NCBI GenBank assembly: GCA_023262945.1
Contig: JALQXY010000123.1
Location: 1-33,220, forward strand
Origin: Rickettsiales bacterium
GTDB lineage: Bacteria > Pseudomonadota > Alphaproteobacteria > Rickettsiales > UBA1997
Reading direction: 5' to 3'
Length of the DNA: 33,220 nucleotides
Position numbers and translations under genes: made by a program. This document shows, piece after piece, positions 1 to 8,771 of the stretch (the first letter of the stretch is position 1; each line of letters begins with the position of its first letter). The notes below the pieces were generated by a model. It was given only the letters and a program-made list of their open reading frames with translations, did no database searches and was not told the origin of the DNA.

Positions 1-154
1 AAAAAACATATACAATCTAAACAATCTGACTTTATCTTTTTGGCTAAAAATTGCAAAAAGCCTTAAATCCTATAGGTATAGGACTTGCATTTTTTACAAT
101 TTTTATCTCAAAAAATATTTTGTCATATTGTTTATTTTTAGATGGGAATTGGTA
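1..154 (+). mobile_element. Type-1 MITE-like palindromic element, copy A (left end cut by window edge)
   Basis: Near-identical to 26950..27122 and 28133..28297, and to the reverse complement of 10051..10218. It ends in the right terminal inverted repeat TTTTTAGATGGGAATTGGTA at 135..154. Only about 15 bp of the left repeat are missing at the window edge. Confidence 0.75.
50..86 (-). terminator. Terminator-like hairpin inside element copy A, downstream of the NRAMP-like gene
   Basis: On the minus strand, a 9-bp stem (65..73 pairs with 78..86; one position becomes G-U in the minus-strand RNA) is followed by AAGGCUUUUUGCAAUUUUU. It lies about 80 bp past the stop codon at 167..169. Confidence 0.35.
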
Positions 155-166
155 TTATAACCTTTA

Positions 167-1423
167 TTACAAAAAAGTTCCTAAATATAAAATCACAAAA
201 CCAATCATGATAAATATGGCAAATTTGCTATATAAGATAAATTTCTTACTTGGCCTATATTCTTTAGGAAAATCAGACTTTGTGACTAGTTTTAAATTCA
301 ACCATGCTATTACTGGTGTCGTTAAAAAAGATATCATGGTAGCAATTAAAACTAACTGTTTCATATTTTCTACTAAAAAAACAATTGTAATTATTGTTAA
401 AACAACACAGCCCGTTAAAACATTTAGATAAATTTTATCTTCGTTGCAATTTTTATTTTTTTTGACATAAAAAAGCAATTTTATCGTTTTTGCCAAAGAT
501 CTTGGATAGCCGTCAGTGCAAGTTAGAACCGTTGAAAACATAGCAATAAAAGCAGTAAAAGCAATAATATAAAATGACCATTCTCCGATGTTTTTGGTGT
601 AAATTTCTAATAATTTAGCAATAAACTCTACACTTTTTACCGGCAATTCTTCGTTTGTATAAAAAAACATAATATACCCAAGAAGCAAAAATAATATTGC
701 TAAAATTGCCGTTATTGCATAGCCAATATTAAAATCCGTAAGAGATTTGTTTAGGTTTATTTTTTCACGATTTTCATTATTTTTTTCAACAATCCAAATT
801 GAGTTCCAAATCGAGCAATCCAAAGGACAAGGCATCCAGCCAATAAAGCCAAGTAAAAATATTAGATCCAAATCATTGATTAAAGAAAAGCTTTTTTTTG
901 ACGAATGCTGCAAAGAGTCTAAAGATTGAAATGATATAGCAAAACTAGCTAAAGAGCTGATCACTAAAAATAAAATAATATATTTTGCCCAACGATCTAG
1001 AAGATCATATTTGCCAAATGTTAATATTATATAGCAAAAAACTATTACAAAAATACTATAAATTTTTATTGAAAAATCTAATTTAAATATATTAGCAAAA
1101 ATACCCGCCGCAACAACGGTTACTGCCGAAAGAAGTGTAAATAATGACAATAAAGTTGCTATTAAATATACATATAAATAGCGGGGATTTATGTCGTAAT
1201 AGCCATGCAATATAGATTGCTTTTTCGCGGCGCTATATCTTGGAGCAATCTCGAAAAAAGGATACTTTAAAACATGTGCAAAAATTATAATTGCAATAAA
1301 TAGCAAGCCATAATTTGCTCCCGCCTGAACTGACTGTACCAAATGAGATACGCCGATTGCCGTTGCCGCCAATAACACGCCTGGACCTAAATTATTAAAA
1401 ATATCGCTTATTTTTTTAATCAT
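167..1423 (-). CDS. NRAMP-family-like divalent metal cation transporter (polytopic membrane protein)
   Basis: 418-aa ORF that is highly hydrophobic, with about 11 predicted membrane spans. The N-terminus LGPGVLLAATAIGVSHLVQSVQAGANYG resembles the first conserved segment of NRAMP/MntH-related transporters, but the canonical DPGN motif is absent. Confidence 0.55.
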   Translation of the reverse strand: MIKKISDIFNNLGPGVLLAATAIGVSHLVQSVQAGANYGLLFIAIIIFAHVLKYPFFEIAPRYSAAKKQSILHGYYDINPRYLYVYLIATLLSLFTLLSAVTVVAAGIFANIFKLDFSIKIYSIFVIVFCYIILTFGKYDLLDRWAKYIILFLVISSLASFAISFQSLDSLQHSSKKSFSLINDLDLIFLLGFIGWMPCPLDCSIWNSIWIVEKNNENREKINLNKSLTDFNIGYAITAILAILFLLLGYIMFFYTNEELPVKSVEFIAKLLEIYTKNIGEWSFYIIAFTAFIAMFSTVLTCTDGYPRSLAKTIKLLFYVKKNKNCNEDKIYLNVLTGCVVLTIITIVFLVENMKQLVLIATMISFLTTPVIAWLNLKLVTKSDFPKEYRPSKKFILYSKFAIFIMIGFVILYLGTFL

Positions 1424-1454
1424 ATTGGAAATTTTTGTATAATTGCGAATACCT

Positions 1455-1627
1455 ATTTAAAATCCCTCAATAGATAAGTTGACTTAGATCATTAAATCCT
1501 GGCATAGAATTTATAATAAAAAATTCTAGCGCACTTTTTGATGCGTAAATCCTTTTCATTATAGTCAGGTATACTATGAGATGATTGATATAAATTAATT
1601 TTCTATTGATGGATTTGGGTTTAAATT
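1455..1627. repeat. Type-2 palindromic element, copy 1 (intact)
   Basis: Terminal inverted repeats: ATTTAAAATCCCTCAATAGATAAGTT at 1455..1480, and AATTTTCTATTGATGGATTTGGGTTTAAAT at 1598..1627. Both ends and the adjacent segment CATTAAAT..GGC are shared with 26875..26948 plus 27125..27157. An internal 8-bp-stem hairpin is TAGAATTT..AAATTCTA. Confidence 0.6.
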
Positions 1628-1651
1628 GAGCGGCCTCTTATAAAAAAACAA

Positions 1652-2626
1652 CTAAAAAGTTAATACTAAAGATCCCATGGTTTTTCTTGATTCAAGATCT
1701 TCGTGAGCTTTTGCTATATCTTTAAAATCGTAAGTAGTTATTTTTGGCTTAACTACTCCTTTCTCAACTGCCGCAAAAACTTCACTTGCTGAAAGAGCTA
1801 ATTCTATCCTTTCTGATTTATACATGGCCATAGATGGCCTAGTTATATAAAGGGAGCTAGAAAAATGACTGTTTAAGTCAATTTTGTCGGCTATTCCTGA
1901 AGATTCGCCATAACTAACGCAAATACCCATTGGCCATAAACAATTTAAAGATTTTTTTAAAGTATCCTTTCCAACGCCATCATAAACCAAGCCAACCCCA
2001 CCATGATTTGTTATTTCAGCAATTTTTTCAACAAAATCATCTTTTTTATAATTTATCACATGATCGCATCCTAGATTTTTGGCAAAAATCATTTTATCTT
2101 CACTTCCTACGGTGCCAAATATTTCTAATCCTAAATATTTAGCCCATTGACATAAAATATGACCAACTCCACCAGCCACTGCATGTATTAATATTTTTTT
2201 AGCTCTTTTAGCAATATAAACACGATGCAATAAAGCATGAGACATTAGACCTTTATACAGAGTGCCAGCAATTTGTATATCGGTTAACTTATTTTGCGCA
2301 CTTACTACATATCTTGCTGGTACAGCCCTTTTTTCACAATAAGACCCTATGCCAGCAGTAGCATAAGCCACTCTTTCACCAACAACAAAATCTTTAACTT
2401 TACTGCCAACAGCTTCAACATATCCACAGCCTTCCATTCCTAAAATTGAAGGAAAATTTGATATTTTATGTTGCCCTTTGCGAAAACATATATCAAAAAA
2501 ATTAACCCCTATAGCTGTTTGTTTTATTAAAACTTCGTCTACTCTTATTTTTGGAACATCGACTTTAACAATCTTTAAATCGTTAGCTTTGCCATATTTA
2601 TCTAAAGAAATTGCTTGCATTTCCAT
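1652..2626 (-). CDS. qor: NADPH:quinone oxidoreductase (zeta-crystallin-like medium-chain dehydrogenase/reductase)
   Basis: 324-aa ORF. It has a GroES-like N-terminal domain and a Rossmann motif AVAGGVGHILCQWAK. The overall layout is typical of Qor-type MDR enzymes. Confidence 0.75.
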   Translation of the reverse strand: MEMQAISLDKYGKANDLKIVKVDVPKIRVDEVLIKQTAIGVNFFDICFRKGQHKISNFPSILGMEGCGYVEAVGSKVKDFVVGERVAYATAGIGSYCEKRAVPARYVVSAQNKLTDIQIAGTLYKGLMSHALLHRVYIAKRAKKILIHAVAGGVGHILCQWAKYLGLEIFGTVGSEDKMIFAKNLGCDHVINYKKDDFVEKIAEITNHGGVGLVYDGVGKDTLKKSLNCLWPMGICVSYGESSGIADKIDLNSHFSSSLYITRPSMAMYKSERIELALSASEVFAAVEKGVVKPKITTYDFKDIAKAHEDLESRKTMGSLVLTF

Positions 2627-2973
2627 ATTATAAAATATTTTAATTTAATAATATTTTCACGTTATTTATTAACCTTCGCATAAACTAGCTATTCTTTTAA
2701 TAAAGAGATATTTCTTAACAAAAGAATTTAGAAAAACCACAATACTTATGCCACTTTGGCTTTGAAAAATTATTTTGCTAAGGAATATGTTAAAGTTAAA
2801 AGACAACTAATTTATGTACGGATTAATATACAAAAAATTCATCTATAAAACTTTTAAAAATTAATTTTTTAATTAATTTGGTGTTATTCATATCTAATAG
2901 CAAGATTCATCTTTTAATTATTATTAAAAAATTAATCAAAGTGTAATTTGGTATAAAACATATCAATAAATAA

Positions 2974-3771
2974 ATGCAACATCAAAATCTTTTCGTATTT
3001 GATATCGAGACAATTCCCGATACTAAGGCAGCTAAAAATCTTTTTAATACACCTAAAGCTTCAGAACAAGATTTACGTCAAGCTTTAACAAAATATCATC
3101 TTGATATCACAGATCAAAAAAATTCATTTTTACGCCAGCCTTTTCATAAAATTGTTGCCATTGGATTTTTAGAGGCGGAGATAATTAGAGATTTTGATGG
3201 TAGTGAATTTTATAAAATAGTTGAAATAAGATGCGGTGGCAATATCGATACGCCAGAAAACGAGTTGGTTTTGGGATTTTTTAACCATTTAAAGAAAATA
3301 AAACCAAGATTTGTCAGTTTTAATGGTCGCAATTTTGATATGCCTGTATTAAAATATGCAGCCATGAAACACGAAGTAGAGGCTGGATGGTTTTATAAAC
3401 TTGGTGATAAATGGAATAATTATAATCAACGCTATTCTTTAGATTGGCATTGCGATTTAGCCGAAGCTTTTAGTGACTTTGGATCTTCAGCTCGTGTCAA
3501 AATGAACGAATTATGCGCCGCTTTTGATTTACCTGGAAAAACTGGAGTTGATGGTTCGCAAGTTACAGAAATGTTTGACAACGGAAAACTTAAAGAAATT
3601 AGAGATTATTGCGAAAGCGATGTTATTAATACTTATTTACTATATTTAATCTATCAGCATCATACTGGGTCACTTTCAAAAACTTCTTTTGACAAATGCA
3701 AAAAAGAACTGCAAAACTTTCTTAAAAATAAAATAAAGGATAAGCCTCATTATATTGACTTTATAAAATAA
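2974..3771 (+). CDS. Stand-alone 3'-5' exonuclease related to the exonuclease domain of family-B DNA polymerases
   Basis: 265 aa with the three exonuclease motifs: FDIET (Exo I), NGRNFDMPVL (Exo II) and YCESDV (Exo III). It has no polymerase domain. Confidence 0.65.
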   Translation: MQHQNLFVFDIETIPDTKAAKNLFNTPKASEQDLRQALTKYHLDITDQKNSFLRQPFHKIVAIGFLEAEIIRDFDGSEFYKIVEIRCGGNIDTPENELVLGFFNHLKKIKPRFVSFNGRNFDMPVLKYAAMKHEVEAGWFYKLGDKWNNYNQRYSLDWHCDLAEAFSDFGSSARVKMNELCAAFDLPGKTGVDGSQVTEMFDNGKLKEIRDYCESDVINTYLLYLIYQHHTGSLSKTSFDKCKKELQNFLKNKIKDKPHYIDFIK

Positions 3772-3776
3772 CAAAA

Positions 3777-4235
3777 ATGTTTCAATTAATTGAGAAAATT
3801 TGCTATATATCAGATAATTTACTTACTAAATATATTTCTCATATATTTCTTTTTACTTTAAGATTATTAATAGCCTGCACATTTTGGGAACTTGGCTTAA
3901 ATAAATTAAATGATATAAATTCAGCGATACTACTTTTTCAATATCAATACAGAATACCATTTGTAAGCCCAGTAATTATAGCTTATAGCGTTGCTTTTTT
4001 TGAAATTATTTGTTCGATATTTTTAATTTTTGGCGTTTTTACTAGACTGTCTACAATTCCTTTGATTGTAATTACTTTAATGACTCATTTTTTAGCTTTT
4101 GAAAATGATCTTCATTTTTATTGGCTAACATCTTTATTAACGATTTTTATTTTTGGCTCTGGAGCCATATGTTTAAATGACTTAATAAAAGTAATAGCTA
4201 AAACCTTTATAAATAAAAATTTAAACAGATTTTAA
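3777..4235 (+). CDS. DoxX-like small integral membrane protein
   Basis: 152 aa with four hydrophobic segments. The pattern LRLLIACTFWELGLNKL resembles the first helix of the DoxX family. It sits 5 bp after the upstream gene, and its stop overlaps the next start codon. Confidence 0.45.
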   Translation: MFQLIEKICYISDNLLTKYISHIFLFTLRLLIACTFWELGLNKLNDINSAILLFQYQYRIPFVSPVIIAYSVAFFEIICSIFLIFGVFTRLSTIPLIVITLMTHFLAFENDLHFYWLTSLLTIFIFGSGAICLNDLIKVIAKTFINKNLNRF

Positions 4236-5746
4236 TGTCTTATTTTTTCAAATTAATTAACCTACTTATTCTTTGTATTTTACCAAATATTGCTGTAGCT
4301 CAAGAAATACAAACAACTATATCAAATATAACCAATGCTCTTGATACAGTAATATTACCCATTACCTCTTTTTTAGCATTTTTATTCTTAGGATCATCTT
4401 ATCAAATTTTTGGCCATGATCTTCAAATTACTATTTTTGGATTTCCTTTGATTGTAATGTGGTTAATTAGTGCCGGCATATTTTTTACTATAAAATTAAA
4501 ATTTGTTAATATTCGCCTTTTTAAACATGGAATCGATGTAGTAAGAGGAAAATATAGCAACAATGATACATCTGGAAAAATTACATCAATGCAAGCTTTA
4601 TTTACCGCTGTTTCAGCAACTGTTGGCTTGGGTAATATAGCTGGAGTAGCTATCGCAATTTCAATTGGCGGGCCAGGTGCGGTATTATGGATGATGATTG
4701 CTGCTTTTTTTGGAATGTCGACTAAATTTATCGAAGTAACTCTTGGTCAAAAATATCGTCGTATCAAAGATGGTCATCTTTTAGCTGGAGCATTTTATTA
4801 TCTAGAAGATGGTCTTAAAGATCATAATAAGCCAAAATTAGGTAAAATATTAAGTAAAATTGCTGCAATTCTTTGCATTTGTGGTGCAATTGGAGCTGGA
4901 ATAATTTTTCAATCAAATCAAAGTATTTCGATAATTAGCGACAACTTTAATTTAAATAGCGTATATCAATCTTTGCTTTCTCTTGTTTTAGCATTATTAA
5001 TAGCCTTTATCTTGCTTGGCGGAATTGTAAGAGTAGCTCAAATTGCTGAAAAAATAGTACCTTTTATGGCTGTAACTTACATAATTATGTGCATTACTGT
5101 AATTATTTTTCATAATGAAAAAATATTAGATTCTATAAATCTTATATTTAGAGCCGCTTTTACTGAAAATGCTGCATATGGAGGAATTATTGGCGCTATA
5201 GTTCAAGGTTTTAAAAGAGCATCTTTTTCCAATGAAGCTGGCCTTGGTAGTGCGCCAATAGCTCATGCTGCTGCCAAAGTAGACCATCCAATACAAGAAG
5301 GCTCTGTTTCAATATTAGAACCATTCATTGATACTATCATAATCTGTTTCCTTACTGGAATTACTATTGTTATTAGCGGTTCTTATTTAAACCCAGATAA
5401 TAATGGGGTATTAATTTCAAAGGCAGCTTTTACATCAGTAACTCCGTGGTTTTCTTATTTACTATCATTAGTTGTGTTTCTTTTTGCATTCTCTACCATG
5501 TTAACTTATAGCTATTATGGCAAACAAGCTTGGACTTACCTAACTAAAGGAAAATATTTAAAAATTTGCTATGCGTTATTTGCTTCTTTTGTATTCGTTG
5601 GCGGTATGTTAAAATTAGATACTGTAATAGATTTAGCTGATATATTATTTCTAACAATGTCTATCCCTAATATAATAGGACTTTATATAATGAGCGGAAC
5701 CATTAAAAACGAGCTAGAAAATTACATAAAGAAAATAAAAAAATAA
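4235..5746 (+). CDS. Sodium:alanine (amino acid) symporter, AGCS family
   Basis: 503 aa and polytopic. It carries the conserved AGCS block SMQALFTAVSATVGLGNIAGVAIAISIGGPGAVLWMMIAAFFGMSTKFIEVTLGQKYR. Confidence 0.85.
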   Translation: MSYFFKLINLLILCILPNIAVAQEIQTTISNITNALDTVILPITSFLAFLFLGSSYQIFGHDLQITIFGFPLIVMWLISAGIFFTIKLKFVNIRLFKHGIDVVRGKYSNNDTSGKITSMQALFTAVSATVGLGNIAGVAIAISIGGPGAVLWMMIAAFFGMSTKFIEVTLGQKYRRIKDGHLLAGAFYYLEDGLKDHNKPKLGKILSKIAAILCICGAIGAGIIFQSNQSISIISDNFNLNSVYQSLLSLVLALLIAFILLGGIVRVAQIAEKIVPFMAVTYIIMCITVIIFHNEKILDSINLIFRAAFTENAAYGGIIGAIVQGFKRASFSNEAGLGSAPIAHAAAKVDHPIQEGSVSILEPFIDTIIICFLTGITIVISGSYLNPDNNGVLISKAAFTSVTPWFSYLLSLVVFLFAFSTMLTYSYYGKQAWTYLTKGKYLKICYALFASFVFVGGMLKLDTVIDLADILFLTMSIPNIIGLYIMSGTIKNELENYIKKIKK

Positions 5747-5747
5747 A

Positions 5748-6161
5748 TTATTCTCCACGATATATTATAGAATTATTCTCCGTTTCTTCTAGTTTTACCT
5801 CAAAAAGACCGGGTAAATGAGGCTTTAACCATCTCCAAATAATTAAAGCCATATTTTCTGCTGTCGGCATCAATACCCCGTTTTTAAATTCATCTACATC
5901 TTCATTAAGATATTTATGATCCATTTTATTATAAACTTCCTCTCTAACAATTTTCTTTAACTCTTTAAAGTTCATTATCATGCCAGTTTCTTGATCTATA
6001 TTAGACCTTACCGTAACAAATAAATTAAAATTATGCCCATGGCAACTTGTGCATTTATCATATATCTTTAAATTCTTTTCATGAGAAAATTTATTATTAT
6101 ATAAACGATGAGCAATAGATAAACTTTCTCTTCTTGTTATATAAGAAATATTGTTATTCAT
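5748..6161 (-). CDS. queD: 6-carboxy-5,6,7,8-tetrahydropterin synthase / 6-pyruvoyl-tetrahydropterin synthase family
   Basis: 137 aa with the catalytic C-x3-HGH motif (CTSCHGHNF). Size and fold-level pattern are typical of the PTPS/QueD family. Confidence 0.8.
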   Translation of the reverse strand: MNNNISYITRRESLSIAHRLYNNKFSHEKNLKIYDKCTSCHGHNFNLFVTVRSNIDQETGMIMNFKELKKIVREEVYNKMDHKYLNEDVDEFKNGVLMPTAENMALIIWRWLKPHLPGLFEVKLEETENNSIIYRGE

Positions 6162-6412
6162 TGTTAATAAATTGTTAATAACTGCAAAAAACTGTTAAAT
6201 AAAAAAAATTGTTAATTTTGTTAACAATTTTATTAACAGATAATAAAAGGTTAATAAAAAAAATAAGATAAATTAAAAAATGTAAATAATTCTATAAAAT
6301 TTTATTTTTAGTGCTATATTTACTTTTTTTATGTTAAAAAAAATGTTAATAACATGTTAAAAAAACTTACAAAATAATTAACAACTTTATTAATATTATT
6401 ATATTTTATTAA
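6162..6412. promoter_or_regulatory. Divergent queD/hemE control region densely populated with GTTAA motifs; candidate CtrA-type sites or replication origin
   Basis: GTTAA on the plus strand starts at 6163, 6174, 6194, 6211, 6220, 6250, 6333, 6345 and 6356. TTAAC starts at 6221, 6233 and 6378. TTAA-N7-TTAA pairs occur at 6164..6178 and 6346..6360. The spacer lies directly upstream of hemE. Confidence 0.45.
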
Positions 6413-7441
6413 ATGAATTATATATTAGAAACTCTTAATAAAAAAAATCAAATAACAAAAAAACCTCCTTTATGGATTATGCGACAAGCTGGTCGTTATT
6501 TGCCAGAATATCGTGAAATAAGAAGTAAAACAGGAAGTTTTTTAGATCTTTGTTACAACCCGAAGCTAGCCTGCGAAGTTACTTTGCAACCAATAAGAAG
6601 ATTTGATTTTGATGCGGCAATAATATTTTCTGATATATTAGTTATTCCACACGCTTTAGGATGCGATTTAAAATTTATCACTGGTGATGGTCCAAAATTA
6701 TCTAAAATATCATCTGATAGTGATCTAAACAGCCTTAAAATTGATAAAATAAATACCTTTTTAAAACCAGTATTTGAATCGGTAAATTTAACTAGATCCA
6801 AACTATCTAAAGATAAATCGTTAATTGGCTTTTCTGGATGCCCTTGGACTTTGGCTTGTTATATGATAGAAGGAGGTGGTTCAAAAAATTTTAATTTAGT
6901 TAGAGAAAAGTCTATTGCGGATGAGAGTTTTTTTTCGTCATTAATAAACATCTTAACTCAATCTATTATTGAATATTTGTCATTAAAAATAGAAGCTGGA
7001 GCTGACATAATTAAGTTGTTTGATTCTTGGGCAGGTTTATTACCTTTAGAGCAATTACAAAAGTGGGTATTTGAGCCAACTAATATAATTGTTAACGAGA
7101 TCAAAAAAAGATATCCAAAAGTGCCTATTATTTGTTTTCCTAAGGGTATAGGATGTAATTATCTAGAGTTTGTTAATTATGTAAAATGCGACTGTGTAGC
7201 AATTGATCAAAATCTTAACCAAGACTGGGTAGTAAAAAACTTGCAAGATAAAATTTTAATACAAGGTAATTTGGATAATTTTTTATTAGCTTTTGGGACG
7301 GAGAAAAGAATAGAGGAAGAAGTAGAATTTATTTTACAAAAATTTGGCAGTAAGTCATTTATATTTAACCTTGGTCACGGTATATTACCACAAACTCCAA
7401 TAAAAAATGTTGAGCTTTTAGTAAGATCAGTAAGAAGATAG
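6413..7441 (+). CDS. hemE: Uroporphyrinogen decarboxylase
   Basis: 342 aa with the N-terminal UROD signature PPLWIMRQAGRYLPEYRE and the downstream FSDILVIPHALG block. Confidence 0.92.
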   Translation: MNYILETLNKKNQITKKPPLWIMRQAGRYLPEYREIRSKTGSFLDLCYNPKLACEVTLQPIRRFDFDAAIIFSDILVIPHALGCDLKFITGDGPKLSKISSDSDLNSLKIDKINTFLKPVFESVNLTRSKLSKDKSLIGFSGCPWTLACYMIEGGGSKNFNLVREKSIADESFFSSLINILTQSIIEYLSLKIEAGADIIKLFDSWAGLLPLEQLQKWVFEPTNIIVNEIKKRYPKVPIICFPKGIGCNYLEFVNYVKCDCVAIDQNLNQDWVVKNLQDKILIQGNLDNFLLAFGTEKRIEEEVEFILQKFGSKSFIFNLGHGILPQTPIKNVELLVRSVRR

Positions 7442-7445
7442 AGAT

Positions 7446-8771
7446 CTAATCTTCAATTTTTGGTACTATTTTTTTAATCTCTTCTTGTACTATTTTTTCA
7501 ACAATATCGGGTAGATATGAATTTATCCATCTTTCAATTTTAGGCTCCATTATTTGTGCGGCAATTTTTAACATCTCTTCGCTTTGCGTAAAATTAGAAG
7601 CTTTTCCAATAATATTCTTTGCATTAGTTAGTTTTTCGAGCGCTTTTGAAGTTCTTGCCAAAGTAGATTCGTAAATCATTGATTTTTTTTCTTCATCTTG
7701 CACCTGTTCGACATATGTATTTTTCATATTATCAAGCTCTTCTAATTGATTGTCATTTTCGTCAATTTCATTATATTGCTCTTCATATTGATCTTCTATC
7801 GAATTTTCTATATCTTGATTTTGTTCTAGATTATCAAGATTTATTTCATTGTTAACATTATTATCTATTGGTAAATCTAGAGATTCTACATCATCTTCTT
7901 TTAGATCGATATCGCTATACTGATCTTCTTCTAATAAATCTTGATCTTCTTCTATTGAATTTTCTACATCTTGATCTTGTTCTAAATTATCAAAATCTAT
8001 TTGATTATTAATTGATACATCTATAGATTCTATATCATCGTCTTGATTAAATATATCTATTTCTTCATCATTTGTAGTTTTATTATCTAAGTACTCATTA
8101 TTTTGATCAGAAGAGACGGAAGTTCGTCTTTGAATAGGTTGATTATCTTTTTCCGATTCTATGTTATCTGTTTTAGAATAATTTGCGTATTCGATATTAT
8201 TATTTTGATCTAAGTCATCATAACTATCATCTATCTCATTACTTAAAGATGAGTTATCTAAATCCAAATCATCACTTTCGATATCATTATTTGTTTTTTG
8301 TACTTTTTCTAGTTCATTTGACATTTCATCGGATAATATGTTATTATTATCATTTAATTGAAATAAATCATCATCTATTGTTGTTTCTTCGTTATCTATT
8401 TCTTCTTTTTTTATATTAAAATTGTTATCCGAGTCTGTTTTTTTTATATATTCTTCATTATTTTTTTCTTCTGATATTTTAGATGTATCACTTTTATCAT
8501 CATTTTTAAAGTCTAAATTATCAAACTCTTCGTCGAAATCATCAAACTCCTCAAAATCATCATCTAATTTTGGTAAATTATTACTCTTATTATCTTCTTT
8601 TTTTGTGCTTTCTTTAAAATCTATTGAGTTATTATTTATCATATTATTTTCTTCTTCCAGATTATTTTCTGTATTTATATCTACAGATTTTTTTTTATCC
8701 TTACCAAGATCAAAATTATTAATCTTGTTTTTTATAGATTCTAAAATTGATAGAGTATTTTTTTGCGACAT
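7446..8771 (-). CDS. popZ: PopZ-like polar organising protein (DUF2497-type C-terminus) with an expanded hyper-acidic linker
   Basis: The N-terminus MSQKNTLSILESIKNKI matches the PopZ N-terminal helix pattern (..MEEILASIRRII..). The C-terminus QIMEPKIERWINSYLPDIVEKIVQEEIKKI matches the PopZ/DUF2497 block (LRPLLKEWLDENLP.IVE..V.EE). The roughly 330 aa in between are D/E/N-rich low complexity and contain a tandem duplication. Confidence 0.65.
   Translation of the reverse strand: MSQKNTLSILESIKNKINNFDLGKDKKKSVDINTENNLEEENNMINNNSIDFKESTKKEDNKSNNLPKLDDDFEEFDDFDEEFDNLDFKNDDKSDTSKISEEKNNEEYIKKTDSDNNFNIKKEEIDNEETTIDDDLFQLNDNNNILSDEMSNELEKVQKTNNDIESDDLDLDNSSLSNEIDDSYDDLDQNNNIEYANYSKTDNIESEKDNQPIQRRTSVSSDQNNEYLDNKTTNDEEIDIFNQDDDIESIDVSINNQIDFDNLEQDQDVENSIEEDQDLLEEDQYSDIDLKEDDVESLDLPIDNNVNNEINLDNLEQNQDIENSIEDQYEEQYNEIDENDNQLEELDNMKNTYVEQVQDEEKKSMIYESTLARTSKALEKLTNAKNIIGKASNFTQSEEMLKIAAQIMEPKIERWINSYLPDIVEKIVQEEIKKIVPKIED
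7791..8039 (-). repeat. In-frame tandem duplication inside the popZ-like linker
   Basis: Protein residues 245-277 (DDIESIDVSINNQIDFDNLEQDQDVENSIEEDQ) recur at residues 293-327 (DDVESLDLPIDNNVNNEINLDNLEQNQDIENSIEDQ). The matching nucleotide units at 7941..8039 and 7791..7895 are visibly similar. Confidence 0.8.

Noticed and set aside
51-431. 126-aa plus-strand ORF that starts inside element copy A and runs antisense to the NRAMP-like gene
   Set aside because: It overlaps a much longer, family-recognisable gene on the opposite strand and begins in repeat DNA. The composition is low complexity, typical of a shadow ORF in AT-rich DNA. The same reasoning applies to 747..929, 1930..2142, 6553..6801, 10889..11092, 16505..16717, 17227..17418, 18443..18652, 19685..19978, 22459..22659, 23291..23494, 24190..24525 and 29552..29755.
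2653-2668. TTTTCACGTT, resembling a parS half-site
   Set aside because: Only one half of the palindrome matches. The other arm (TTATTT) does not, so this is most likely a chance match in AT-rich spacer.
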